Source: a virus
Taxonomy: Duplodnaviria > Heunggongvirae > Uroviricota > Caudoviricetes
Length of the DNA stretch: 36,341 bases
Strand: one strand, 5' to 3'
IMG/VR virus record: IMGVR_UViG_2778261216_000003
Translations under genes and position numbers: made by a program
In this document: one piece after another, positions 1 to 10,879 of the stretch
How positions within the stretch are numbered: position 1 is the first letter of the stretch
Layout: each line of letters opens with the position of its first letter
Notes under the pieces: generated by a model
The model's database searches: none
What the model saw: the letters and a program-made list of their open reading frames with translations, nothing else
What the model was told of the DNA's origin: nothing

Positions 1-2249
<2,249 letters not shown>

Positions 2250-2306
2250 TCACGCTCCATAAACGACAAAACCGCCCGGAGGCGGTTTCACATAAAACAT
2301 TTTGCA

Positions 2307-2954
2307 TCAGCGACCAATCACCACAACCTGACCACCATCCCCTTCGTCTGCCGTGCTGATCTCCTGAGAAACCACACGTGACCCCACGCGCATTTCACCG
2401 TACAGAACAGGCAGAACATTGCCCTGGGCAACCATGTTATCCAGTGAGGAGAAATAGGTGTTCTGTTTGCCGTTATCTGTACTGGCTGCCGTGGGCGTCC
2501 TGGCTTTCGGTGCCAGCATCTGCGCCACTCCGCCCAGGATCATACTGGCCCCTGCCGCATACATGCCCGATACAGCCGCGGCCCCCAGCCAGCCCACAGG
2601 GTTCCACCATGCCACCGCAATCAGCGCCGCCCCAAGCACCACCTGAAACACACCGCCACTTTTAGCTCCCGCCAGACGCGGCACGATGTGGATCACGGCA
2701 CCATTTGCCAGCGGCTCATTAAGACGGGCAGATAATTCATTTTCGCCTGCATCACGCCCGGCAATGCGCACCTGATACCAGCCCTCATTCAGTTTCTGAC
2801 GAAACGCCGGGATCTGCATGGCCAGCGCCCGGATGGCTTCGGACCCCGTTTTCACTCGAAGGTCGATGCGGCGGCCAAATCGTTGTAAATCCCCGTAAAG
2901 GCAGATGCGTGCCATGCCCGGTGACGCCAGAGGGAGTGTGTGCGTCGCTGCCAT
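2307..2954 (-). CDS. I: Tail assembly protein I
   Basis: 215-aa ORF; N-terminus MAATHTLPLASPGMARICLYGDLQRFGRRIDLRVKTGSEAIRALA and C-terminus NGKQNTYFSSLDNMVAQGNVLPVLYGEMRVGSRVVSQEISTADEGDGGQVVVIGR match recalled lambda gpI. The 103-nt overlap with K is also conserved in lambda. Confidence 0.9.
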   Translation of the reverse strand: MAATHTLPLASPGMARICLYGDLQRFGRRIDLRVKTGSEAIRALAMQIPAFRQKLNEGWYQVRIAGRDAGENELSARLNEPLANGAVIHIVPRLAGAKSGGVFQVVLGAALIAVAWWNPVGWLGAAAVSGMYAAGASMILGGVAQMLAPKARTPTAASTDNGKQNTYFSSLDNMVAQGNVLPVLYGEMRVGSRVVSQEISTADEGDGGQVVVIGR

Positions 2955-3595
2955 TTGTCGGTATACCTCTCTCGTTTGCTCAGTTGTTCAGGAATATGGT
3001 GCAGCAGCTCGCCGTCACCACAGTAAATGGCGGCATGATTCGGCACCGATGAACCAAAACAGCACAGCAGCACATCGCCCGGCTGCGCCGCTGACAACGG
3101 CACCTGATACAGCCCTGTAGCCTCCAGATTATCCAGATAGAGATTCTGACCGTGACGCCACCAGTCATCCCCGCGATGAAAATCCGGCATCTCAATCCCC
3201 GCCAGATGGTAAGCATCCCGGAACAGCGTGTAACAGTCCGTCACCCCGTGCTCAAAGCGCCGCCCGGTAAGATGTGGCACACAGCGGAACTTGTGAATCG
3301 CCCCCCGGCAGACCAGCCACCACGGCAAATCACTCTGCACCTGCAGCCGCCGGTCGGCCTCACTCAGCCAGGGCAGACCACCGGGGTGGCTGTGGACCAG
3401 CGCCACAATCTCACCCTGCATCTCTGCCCGCAGCCAGTCCTCCGGCGACATCCGGAAATACGCCTCCGGCTCACCGGAGATATTCACGCAGGGAAAATAT
3501 CTTTCCCCCTCCGGTGTTCTCACCACGAAGCCGCACGACTCCGCTGGCGCACATCGCCGGGCGTGCGCCAGAATCGCTGATTCTGTCTCTGTCAT
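2852..3595 (-). CDS. K: Tail assembly protein K (JAMM/MPN metalloprotease motif plus NlpC/P60-like C-terminal region)
   Basis: 247-aa ORF with HSHPGGLPWLSEAD (H-x-H-x7-S-x2-D JAMM signature) and a Cys/His-containing C-terminal half. The ATG at 3595 abuts the L stop. An alternative start at 3451 would give a 199-aa lambda-length product but would remove the upstream Glu expected for a JAMM site. Confidence 0.8.
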   Translation of the reverse strand: MTETESAILAHARRCAPAESCGFVVRTPEGERYFPCVNISGEPEAYFRMSPEDWLRAEMQGEIVALVHSHPGGLPWLSEADRRLQVQSDLPWWLVCRGAIHKFRCVPHLTGRRFEHGVTDCYTLFRDAYHLAGIEMPDFHRGDDWWRHGQNLYLDNLEATGLYQVPLSAAQPGDVLLCCFGSSVPNHAAIYCGDGELLHHIPEQLSKRERYTDKWQRRTHSLWRHRAWHASAFTGIYNDLAAASTFE

Positions 3596-3600
3596 GGGAT

Positions 3601-4299
3601 TTACTGCGAAAGTTTGTTAATGGAAAGGAAGCCGCCAAAGTTGCCGACGTTATTGCGAAACTTACAGCCGCTCAGGCATTTGCTGCATTTATCCTTCGTG
3701 ATATCGGACGTCGGCTGATCATATTCATCCGCGACCGCCGGACCGTGATAACCGCACTCATCGCCGCGATAGGTCCAGGTGCAGGTGTTGGCCAGCATGA
3801 TACGTCCCGGAAAAACGGCACCGTCCGTTTCCGTCGGCGTGGACAGTACAAAAGAGGCACTCACCGCGCTCAGTTCGCTGCACTGCTCGATGCGCCAGCG
3901 GCTGATCACCTCCTGCTCCGGATCGGCGTCACTGTTTCCGTTGACGAAGTTCACCGCATCCAGAAAACGGGCGTAAACCTTACGCCGGACCACCGTTCCT
4001 CCGACCAGACTCTGCAGATCTTCCGCCATCCCGGTGACCATGCCGTGCAGGTTAGAAACCGTCAGTGTCGGACGGGCAGCACTGCCCTTGCCGTTCAGTT
4101 CAAATCCCGTCCCCTGAATGGGATACGCCTGATACTGTCGCCCCTGCCAGGTGACCGGCTCACCTTTTTCGTTCTGCTCATTACAGAAAAAATAACGTTC
4201 TCCACCGACCTCTGTCAGATCGATTTCCCAGAGCACCACCTGGGCTGACTGAGTGAGGCGTGTCGTCTCATGATGTGTTTCCTGTGGAATATCCTGCAT
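3601..4299 (-). CDS. L: Tail tip assembly protein L
   Basis: 232-aa ORF, same length and position as lambda gpL; Cys cluster CSKCLSGCKF near the C-terminus; sits between M and K. Confidence 0.88.
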   Translation of the reverse strand: MQDIPQETHHETTRLTQSAQVVLWEIDLTEVGGERYFFCNEQNEKGEPVTWQGRQYQAYPIQGTGFELNGKGSAARPTLTVSNLHGMVTGMAEDLQSLVGGTVVRRKVYARFLDAVNFVNGNSDADPEQEVISRWRIEQCSELSAVSASFVLSTPTETDGAVFPGRIMLANTCTWTYRGDECGYHGPAVADEYDQPTSDITKDKCSKCLSGCKFRNNVGNFGGFLSINKLSQ

Positions 4300-4308
4300 C
4301 AGAGACTC

Positions 4309-4638
4309 CTATGCCACGACCTGTTCAAAATCTGCCGTTATGGTTACCCACAACGCCCCCACGCTTGCCGACCATTTACGACAAACCACCCTGATCGGCT
4401 TCCAGTCATAAGGTGGCGTCCACTGAAATGCGCGGACGCCACCGTGCCGTTCCAGAAAGGCTTTTAAAGATGGGTGTTCACATTTACGAACACGTATCGT
4501 CACGCTGTAAGTCGACAACTGGTTATTCAGTCCCGCCGCACGACGCTGTTCATAACCATCGCCCAGCTTCACTGTCACCACTTTCGGCTCTGATACCACA
4601 TTCATATCCGGGCGCACTTTCCAGTGAAACGTCTCCAT
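4309..4638 (-). CDS. M: Minor tail protein M
   Basis: 109-aa ORF (lambda gpM is 109 aa) immediately downstream of the tape measure gene; ATG at 4638. Confidence 0.88.
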   Translation of the reverse strand: METFHWKVRPDMNVVSEPKVVTVKLGDGYEQRRAAGLNNQLSTYSVTIRVRKCEHPSLKAFLERHGGVRAFQWTPPYDWKPIRVVCRKWSASVGALWVTITADFEQVVA

Positions 4639-7600
4639 TACCGATATGCTCCACTTAACCGACCACCATCACGGGCCTGCTGTTGCATAAAGTCCGCTGC
4701 CGCTTTTTTCCCGAGGTCATAAACCACCTTCAGGGCAGCCGGACCTATCTGCCCGTTCGTGCCATCGTTATTGATCTCGATGTTGTACTGCGGGGCAAAC
4801 ATCGCCATACCTGAACCCCCAATATCCGCCACAACCCCCAGCTTACCGTCAGCACCACGACGCAGTGGCAGAATGGCTTCAGGTCCCGCTTCCCCCATCA
4901 CACCCGCGCCTTTTGCAAAAGCAAAAAACGTCGGACGGTTAACCACCGTGCCACTGTAACGACTCAAATCAGCAGACTGATAAATCCCCCCATTGGCATT
5001 CAGGGAAAGGCTGCTGAGATCAAATCCCAGTACACTGCCAATCCCTTTTATCGATTTCATCATGGTTGCCTGCGCCAGGATTTTCGCCATATCTGACAGC
5101 ACAGAAGAGGTGAAGGATTTGAAATTGAGTTTGCCGGTAGTGACAAAAGTTGCCAGGCCATTTCCCATGTTGCTGAAGGCTGACGAGAACACCTGTTCTG
5201 CTGTTCCTGCCGTATTATCTGCATCCACGGTAAAATCCTGAAATGCACGCAGGACTCCGTTTTTCCAGTTACCCTGCACAACTTCAAGCTGTTGCCAGTA
5301 ACGGCGATTCTCATTCAGTTGTCGGTTCAGGCTCTCCGTCAGCGCCTGCTCGGCCTTTCTGTAGTCATCCGTGTTATATGTTCCTTTCTGCTCACTATCC
5401 CGCCTCAACTGCTCCAGCTGTTGCTGGTATTTCTGGCGAAGACTCAGTTGTACCTGATATCGCTGCCGCTGCTGATCACCCATACCCACCGTGGCGATAT
5501 CCAGGTCATGTTGCTGACGCTGAGCGCGCTCTTCTTCAGCCAGTTGACTGGTCAGCTGAATTGTTTTTTTCTTCAGCTCGTTGAGTGCCGTCTGTTTCTG
5601 AAGCTCCTGCTGTTTTACATCCAGCAGCGTCAGTGCCTGAATCAGTTCATCTTTACGGGCCAGCACACTCTTTTCATCTGCCGTCAGTTTTTTCCCGTCC
5701 AGGTCGCTGATGCGCTGCTGCAGAGCCAGAAGCTGTTTATGCGCTTCTGTCATCCTTTCCGTGGCAATGCCTGCTGACTGTCTGGCAGCAGCAATCTGTC
5801 CTTCCACCTGTGCCTGTTGCTGACTGTACTGCAGCAATAACCGGGTGGCCTCATCATTACGGGGGTCGCGTGTTTTTTTCTTACCGGATGCCAGGGCTTT
5901 CTCGTAACGTTCATTTTCACGTTGTATCGCCGCATCCCTGACAGCCTGATCGGCGTACTGCATGGAATTAATACGCGCAATTTCACGCTGATGTCGTGCT
6001 GCTTCCGTTTCATTCATCCGGTTCAGTGCAGCATTTTCAGCATTACGGCGTTTCTGTTGCTCCTGATAATTCCGCTCTGCCTGCTCTTTTGCATCCTGCA
6101 AATCCTTCTGGCGTTTTTTCTCCTGAAGCTCGTTAAGACGCTGCTGATCGTACTCAACCTGAGAAGATGATGCCGTCCAGGGGAGTCTTTTCGCCCGCGA
6201 CACTTTCTCCTGTAAAGCGGAAATCTGTTCATCCAGCGAGTCTTCACGACCAATATTCATGGCCGCATCCCAGAAACGACTCCATAAATCAGACAGATAC
6301 TTCAGCGTACTGCCCAGCGCATTGAGGTTATTATCAATATCCGCAGTACGCCGACCGGTTTCCTCTGCCAGTGCAGACATGGCTATCCGTGCCGCATCAC
6401 TGGACCGCCCCTGTTCCCCAAGGACGCGTATCTGCTCAAGCTGAGTGGCAGTAAGAAAATGCAGCTCATTGTCCAGAGCCTTCGTGGCATTTACAGGATC
6501 ATCCTTCAGCCGCTTAAACTGATTTATGGTATCGCTGACCGACTGGCCAACCGATCGCTCCATCTGTGCGGCAGCTCTCGCCACCATACCGATATCGTTT
6601 CCACGAAATGCACCACTCCCCACCACCTGAGCCAGCGCACCGGCTGCAGCATGTTGCGTAATACCATTCCCGGAAATAGCACGACTGAGCGTCCACAGCT
6701 GCCCGGCAGTGACTCCGGCATAATGCCCCGTCAGCGACAACTGGCGGTTAAATTCTTCCCCCTCCTTCTGACCGTCATACCAGGCTTTACCCAGACCATA
6801 GACAGCCGCGGCAATACCGCCAATAACCCCGCCCAGCATCATGCCTTTCGGTGACATCAGTGTGTCTATCCATCCGGCACGGTTAGCCAGCGTTATTCCG
6901 GACCCCCTCAGCGCCCCTAAATTGCCGCGGGCCAGTTCACCTATCAGAACGCCTATCTCCTGGCGGGCTGCTGCACTTTTCAGACCCAGCGAATGCGTGG
7001 CTTTTCCTGCCTGCTCCATTTTGCGGATATACACTTCTGCAGCACTGCTTACCCCCAGCTGGGCAGCCTTAGCACGAAGCAACTCAGAAGATGAAAGATT
7101 CTGGCGGGTTGCCTGCTCTTTAAGCTGACGGATAAACGCCACTTTCTGTCGGGTAGCCTCTTCCTCAGCCTGTGTAAGAACACGGGTTTTCGCCGTAACC
7201 TCAGAAATCAGCGCCAGATAATCCTGCTGACCAATCCCGCCACTGTTTCTGGCCTGTCGGATCTGCTGCTGAATACGCTGTAATTCCTGCAGCCCCGCAC
7301 TGGCCTGTTTCACACTGTCAATCTGACGATAAAACGCAGCAGCCGCTTTATCCTGAGCCTCCGCCAGAGCCATGGCCTGCGCCTGTTCCTCGCGCATTTT
7401 CTGGCTCAGTGCCTCCATGCGCTGGCGGGTTTTCTCCACCTCGCGGGACATGCGTTCATGAGCCTGTGCGTTCTTCTCCACCGTCTGCGCATGGACGGAT
7501 GCGGCTGTTGCAGCCGAAGAAGCCGCCTGCGTTGTCTGCCGGGCGGCCTGAGTCTGACGCTCCATAAAACGCTGCATACGGGCAGAAGACCGTTCTGCAT

Positions 7601-7703
7601 CGCTGGCTGCACCATTCAGAAGGTTTTTGATACGGGGAATTTCATTTTTAAACTCTGCCGCATCAATCCCCAAATCAATGACCAGGTTGGCTATCTGGTC
7701 CAT
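4638..7703 (-). CDS. H: Tail tape measure protein H (about 1021 aa from the internal ATG at 7703)
   Basis: Very long Ala/Gln/Glu/Arg-rich, coiled-coil-like ORF with a Gly-rich hydrophobic segment near the C-terminus, located between G-T and M. The track ORF begins at 7733 with a non-ATG codon; the ATG at 7703 is preceded by a GGAGGTG Shine-Dalgarno and gives the T/H overlap seen in lambda. Confidence 0.85.
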   Translation of the reverse strand: MDQIANLVIDLGIDAAEFKNEIPRIKNLLNGAASDAERSSARMQRFMERQTQAARQTTQAASSAATAASVHAQTVEKNAQAHERMSREVEKTRQRMEALSQKMREEQAQAMALAEAQDKAAAAFYRQIDSVKQASAGLQELQRIQQQIRQARNSGGIGQQDYLALISEVTAKTRVLTQAEEEATRQKVAFIRQLKEQATRQNLSSSELLRAKAAQLGVSSAAEVYIRKMEQAGKATHSLGLKSAAARQEIGVLIGELARGNLGALRGSGITLANRAGWIDTLMSPKGMMLGGVIGGIAAAVYGLGKAWYDGQKEGEEFNRQLSLTGHYAGVTAGQLWTLSRAISGNGITQHAAAGALAQVVGSGAFRGNDIGMVARAAAQMERSVGQSVSDTINQFKRLKDDPVNATKALDNELHFLTATQLEQIRVLGEQGRSSDAARIAMSALAEETGRRTADIDNNLNALGSTLKYLSDLWSRFWDAAMNIGREDSLDEQISALQEKVSRAKRLPWTASSSQVEYDQQRLNELQEKKRQKDLQDAKEQAERNYQEQQKRRNAENAALNRMNETEAARHQREIARINSMQYADQAVRDAAIQRENERYEKALASGKKKTRDPRNDEATRLLLQYSQQQAQVEGQIAAARQSAGIATERMTEAHKQLLALQQRISDLDGKKLTADEKSVLARKDELIQALTLLDVKQQELQKQTALNELKKKTIQLTSQLAEEERAQRQQHDLDIATVGMGDQQRQRYQVQLSLRQKYQQQLEQLRRDSEQKGTYNTDDYRKAEQALTESLNRQLNENRRYWQQLEVVQGNWKNGVLRAFQDFTVDADNTAGTAEQVFSSAFSNMGNGLATFVTTGKLNFKSFTSSVLSDMAKILAQATMMKSIKGIGSVLGFDLSSLSLNANGGIYQSADLSRYSGTVVNRPTFFAFAKGAGVMGEAGPEAILPLRRGADGKLGVVADIGGSGMAMFAPQYNIEINNDGTNGQIGPAALKVVYDLGKKAAADFMQQQARDGGRLSGAYR

Positions 7704-8399
7704 AACGCACACCTCCGGAAATACCTTCCCCAAGATGCATCAGTTCTTCGTCCGTTCGCTCCGGTATCCCGTTCTCTTCCGGTAAAAGGCTGAAATCAGC
7801 CACCGCAGCATCACTGCTGCCGGACACCATTCTCACGATCAATGCCTTCAGCGAGGCAAACTGCGCATCCATCCACACATCACTGAAGCTCTGCATCCGG
7901 AAATAATCGCCCCACTGACCAAGCTCAGTGGCCGACATTTCCGACAGCATCCGCCGCCAGTCTGCCCGCCGGAACTCCCGGGCAAGCCGCATGACAAACT
8001 GCATTTCCCGCGTCAGGACTTTTCCGGCGTCAGCCCCTCATGCTCCAAATCCCCGGCATTATCAATGGCCCCCATACCGCTCAGCGACAGAACCATCTCC
8101 GCCCCCGCACCCAGGGCATCATACGACCATGTTGTAATAACGGATGCGTAAAGCGTCTCAACATCCTGAGACTGTTCCGCATTCCACAGTGAGCGGGAAA
8201 CCAGCCAGGCATTGATATCCATCCCCATCCGCAGAAAAGCAATCTGTCGTTCAGCCTCCGGCAGTTCTCCCTCCCCGGCATCAAACTTTGCCGTTCGCTG
8301 CTGAACAAACGTCAGATATTCAATTCTCTGCAGCCCGGACAGCTCACTGAGCACCACGGACTGTTTTTCATAATTAAACGTGTCCTGTTTCAGAAACAT
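7675..8399 (-). CDS. T: Tail assembly chaperone G-T fusion made by -1 programmed ribosomal frameshift (shift site about 8019-8025)
   Basis: The 7675-8004 ORF lies in the -1 frame relative to G and overlaps its 3' end. The -1 frame has a TGA about 25 nt upstream of the G stop, so the shift must occur in the last codons of G, where the only heptamer-like site is G-GAA-AAG. Arrangement is identical to lambda G/GT. Confidence 0.7.
8013..8399 (-). CDS. G: Tail assembly chaperone G (zero-frame product)
   Basis: ORF with MFLKQDTF start resembling lambda gpG (MFLKTESF...); acidic C-terminus; positioned between V and T/H. The track ORF starts further upstream at a non-ATG codon; the two adjacent Met codons at 8402 and 8399 are the likely start. 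Confidence 0.8.
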   Translation of the reverse strand: MFLKQDTFNYEKQSVVLSELSGLQRIEYLTFVQQRTAKFDAGEGELPEAERQIAFLRMGMDINAWLVSRSLWNAEQSQDVETLYASVITTWSYDALGAGAEMVLSLSGMGAIDNAGDLEHEGLTPEKS

Positions 8400-8459
8400 C
8401 ATGTTCTCCACCTGTAAAAAAGCCCCGAATAACCGGGGCAAATGATGAGTATCGTCCTG

Positions 8460-9203
8460 TTAACCTGCTGCGCTGACAGTCACCGTAGCCACTGCCACAA
8501 AATTCCCGTCAGCGGTCATGCCCACAATGCTGACACTGCCCTGCTTCACGCCTTTCACCGTGGCCACAAGCCCGTTCAGGGTCACCGTGGCAGTCTGTGG
8601 ATCTGTCGAATGCACACTGATCGCTTTGTCACTGGCTCCGTCAGGTTTTACTGTAAAGGTCAGCGTGGTGGTTGCTCCCACTTTTACACTGGCAGATGCC
8701 GGTGCCACCGTCAGCCCGGTAACGCTCACTGTTTCAGTGCCTTCCTCTGCCAGATACGGACGCCCCACACCGCTGATTTTCACTGTGCGGGTCATCACGT
8801 CTTTTGAGGCAATGGTTTTACCCAGTGAACTCAGCCAGCCACGGAAAACATCAACAGTACCGTTGGGATATTTGATACGAAACGCGCAGACTTCACCGGA
8901 GTCGAACAACTGAACCAGTTTTTTCTGCCCGCTGTCACCCGGACGCCAGGCCAGCGTCGCCGAAGTATCACCAACGGATTTCTGCCCCTGGGTTGTCGTT
9001 TTCCAGTCTGCATCTTCATCATCGAGATAAGTGTCATCTTCTGCATCAGCGGTCATTTCGCCAGGTTGCAGATCCTTCACCATCGCAAGACGCAGCCAGT
9101 CAGTGTCCGATAAAGGGTTCGCAAACGCATCGCCCTTGCCGGTATACATCCAGAACGTCGTTCCCGCACCTTTCGTTTTTGCCAGTGGATTTGGTGTGGT
9201 CAT
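8460..9203 (-). CDS. V: Major tail protein V with C-terminal Ig-like (Big_2-type) domain
   Basis: From the internal ATG at 9203 (preceded by AAGGAGGT) the product begins MTTPNPLAKTKGAGTTFWMYTGKGDAFANPLSD, close to recalled lambda gpV ([33 protein letters not shown]); about 247 aa; Thr/Val-rich C-terminus typical of the Ig-like decoration. Confidence 0.9.
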   Translation of the reverse strand: MTTPNPLAKTKGAGTTFWMYTGKGDAFANPLSDTDWLRLAMVKDLQPGEMTADAEDDTYLDDEDADWKTTTQGQKSVGDTSATLAWRPGDSGQKKLVQLFDSGEVCAFRIKYPNGTVDVFRGWLSSLGKTIASKDVMTRTVKISGVGRPYLAEEGTETVSVTGLTVAPASASVKVGATTTLTFTVKPDGASDKAISVHSTDPQTATVTLNGLVATVKGVKQGSVSIVGMTADGNFVAVATVTVSAAG

Positions 9204-9213
9204 TACCACCTCC

Positions 9214-9627
9214 TTAATTCGTGTACGTGATCTGGTACGTGATTTCCGCCATCGCCCAGGTGGCCATCTCATTATCACGTTGATAGTTAAAACCGAGTGG
9301 GATCAGGGTGTCGATGAGTCCGGAAAGTGCTGGTACATCATTCAGGGCCGGGAAAATGGTGCTCTCCATCCACATATCCAGCTCTGAATCCGGTGCCTGT
9401 GCCCGGATGAAGACAGCAATATGCAGAACAGCCTGCCAGTCATCTTCATCCGTCATTTTTCCGGTGTACTGAGCATCACTCAGCCACACCGCCACGGCAG
9501 GCAGTTCCTGCGCATCAACAAATGCCGGAAGCCCGTCAAAAAACGTGGCGCTGTCTCCACACTGTTCCCGAAGGCGTGCCAGTACGACCTGGCGGATTTG
9601 TGTATGTCGGTTCATCGGGTCAGCCAT
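9214..9627 (-). CDS. U: Tail terminator protein U
   Basis: 137-aa ORF containing ATFFDG...PAVAVWL...YTG...LHIAVF...APDSELD...ME, colinear with recalled lambda gpU; upstream of V. Confidence 0.85.
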   Translation of the reverse strand: MADPMNRHTQIRQVVLARLREQCGDSATFFDGLPAFVDAQELPAVAVWLSDAQYTGKMTDEDDWQAVLHIAVFIRAQAPDSELDMWMESTIFPALNDVPALSGLIDTLIPLGFNYQRDNEMATWAMAEITYQITYTN

Positions 9628-10190
9628 AACCTCAGTTGTTGTTTCAGTGCATACCCCAGCTGTTTCGGCATTTCCGCAGCAATGATGCGGTCGCGGGCAT
9701 CTTCAAATGCCTGTGTCAGCGGTCCGGACAGCGGGATTTTCACCACATCAATGGGGTAACGATTTTTGCCATCAATACGCCGCATCACATGCCAGCGACC
9801 ATTCGCCAGTTGCTGAATAAACGCATCCCGGAAAAGATATTTACCCACCTTCAGCACACTGCCACGGTACTGCAGTTTTCCACCACGCCGGGCCAGTCTG
9901 ACCCGGGCGGTCCCCAGCTTAATGGCGGGCAGATTGCCCCGGTTAACGCGGATCCTGGCCGTCATTTTTCCTGACGGACTGGCTTTAAACACCCGGACAC
10001 GCTGACGTACCAGTTTCAGGGGGATCCCTTTCACCTGGTTATCTCCCGCAACGGTATTCCCGGCAACCTGCCGGGTGGCAACCGAGACCGCTTTCTGTGC
10101 CACACGGTTTATCGCCCATGCGCTGGCCTGTGGCACCATACGGGTATCAAGGCTGTTCAGATTGCGGATGGCATTCTCAAGCCCCTTCAT
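9612..10190 (-). CDS. Z: Tail completion protein Z
   Basis: 192-aa ORF (lambda gpZ is 192 aa), basic Arg-rich, between the head-tail joining gene and U; AGAGGTG Shine-Dalgarno before the ATG at 10190. Confidence 0.82.
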   Translation of the reverse strand: MKGLENAIRNLNSLDTRMVPQASAWAINRVAQKAVSVATRQVAGNTVAGDNQVKGIPLKLVRQRVRVFKASPSGKMTARIRVNRGNLPAIKLGTARVRLARRGGKLQYRGSVLKVGKYLFRDAFIQQLANGRWHVMRRIDGKNRYPIDVVKIPLSGPLTQAFEDARDRIIAAEMPKQLGYALKQQLRLWLTR

Positions 10191-10201
10191 CCCACACCTC
10201 T

Positions 10202-10477
10202 TTACTCAATAAAGATCATTGGCTTACCGTTAAAGCGTTCATGCCGTGTGACCGTCCATTGTTGTCCGTCATAAACAACGCGATCCCCGCGCCGTGGGCG
10301 GTATCCCGAAGAAAACACCACCAGAGAGACCGCAGGTCCGGACAGAGCATTCAGCTCTGCCAGTGTTTCTCCCGGGATCACAGTCATATCGACATCATTA
10401 ATCGAGGCTGTCTTTCCCATCTTTCTGACCGTGATCGCATCCATACGCGCTGCCAGCCGGGAAAAGGGATCAGACAT
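10202..10477 (-). CDS. Head-tail joining protein (gpFII-position homolog)
   Basis: 91-aa ORF occupying the FII position between the head module and Z; start overlaps the stop of the upstream gene (translational coupling). Sequence differs from lambda FII, so this is assigned by synteny. Confidence 0.55.
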   Translation of the reverse strand: MSDPFSRLAARMDAITVRKMGKTASINDVDMTVIPGETLAELNALSGPAVSLVVFSSGYRPRRGDRVVYDGQQWTVTRHERFNGKPMIFIE

Positions 10478-10793
10478 TGAGTTTTACCGGCACTTCTTCT
10501 GCACTGGTTCCGGCATCTGCCCAGACAACCCCGACCAGCGGATCAGAGCCGCTGTTAGTCAGCTGAACTTTTCCGGACTTCAGATAAACCTTCTTACCCG
10601 TTTTCATGTCATCCGTTTTCAGCTTAGGCAGCATAAACACACCTTCGGTCAGGCCGTCGCCTGTTTCACCCTGTGGAATATCGGTCAGTGCCACCGCAAA
10701 AACATCACCCACCTGCACCAGATCTCCGCTGCTGATGGCTGCACTGGCAACAATCGCCACCGTTTTTCCTTCTTCTACAAAATTCTTTGCCAT
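10470..10793 (-). CDS. Small head-associated protein (DUF2190-like, commonly found next to protease-capsid fusion genes)
   Basis: 107-aa product from the ATG at 10793 (GGAGA Shine-Dalgarno), Gly/Val/Asp-rich, sitting immediately downstream of the capsid gene. Family assignment is from recall only. Confidence 0.5.
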   Translation of the reverse strand: MAKNFVEEGKTVAIVASAAISSGDLVQVGDVFAVALTDIPQGETGDGLTEGVFMLPKLKTDDMKTGKKVYLKSGKVQLTNSGSDPLVGVVWADAGTSAEEVPVKLNV

Positions 10794-10879
10794 AACTGTC
10801 TCCGCACAGCCCCGTTCAGGGGCTGATTTCAGGTACAAAAAAAGCCCTTACGGGCCATCAGAGTTGTTGTCTGCGACGT

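Noticed and set aside
3274-4248. 324-aa plus-strand ORF overlapping K and L
   Set aside because: Antisense to two well-supported tail genes; Pro/Arg/Ala-rich low-complexity translation.
5243-7128. Several plus-strand ORFs (5243-5584, 5292-5777, 6459-6854, 6841-7128) inside the tape measure gene
   Set aside because: Embedded antisense in the 3-kb H gene; no ribosome-binding sites; Leu/Gln-rich mirror images of the coiled-coil codons.
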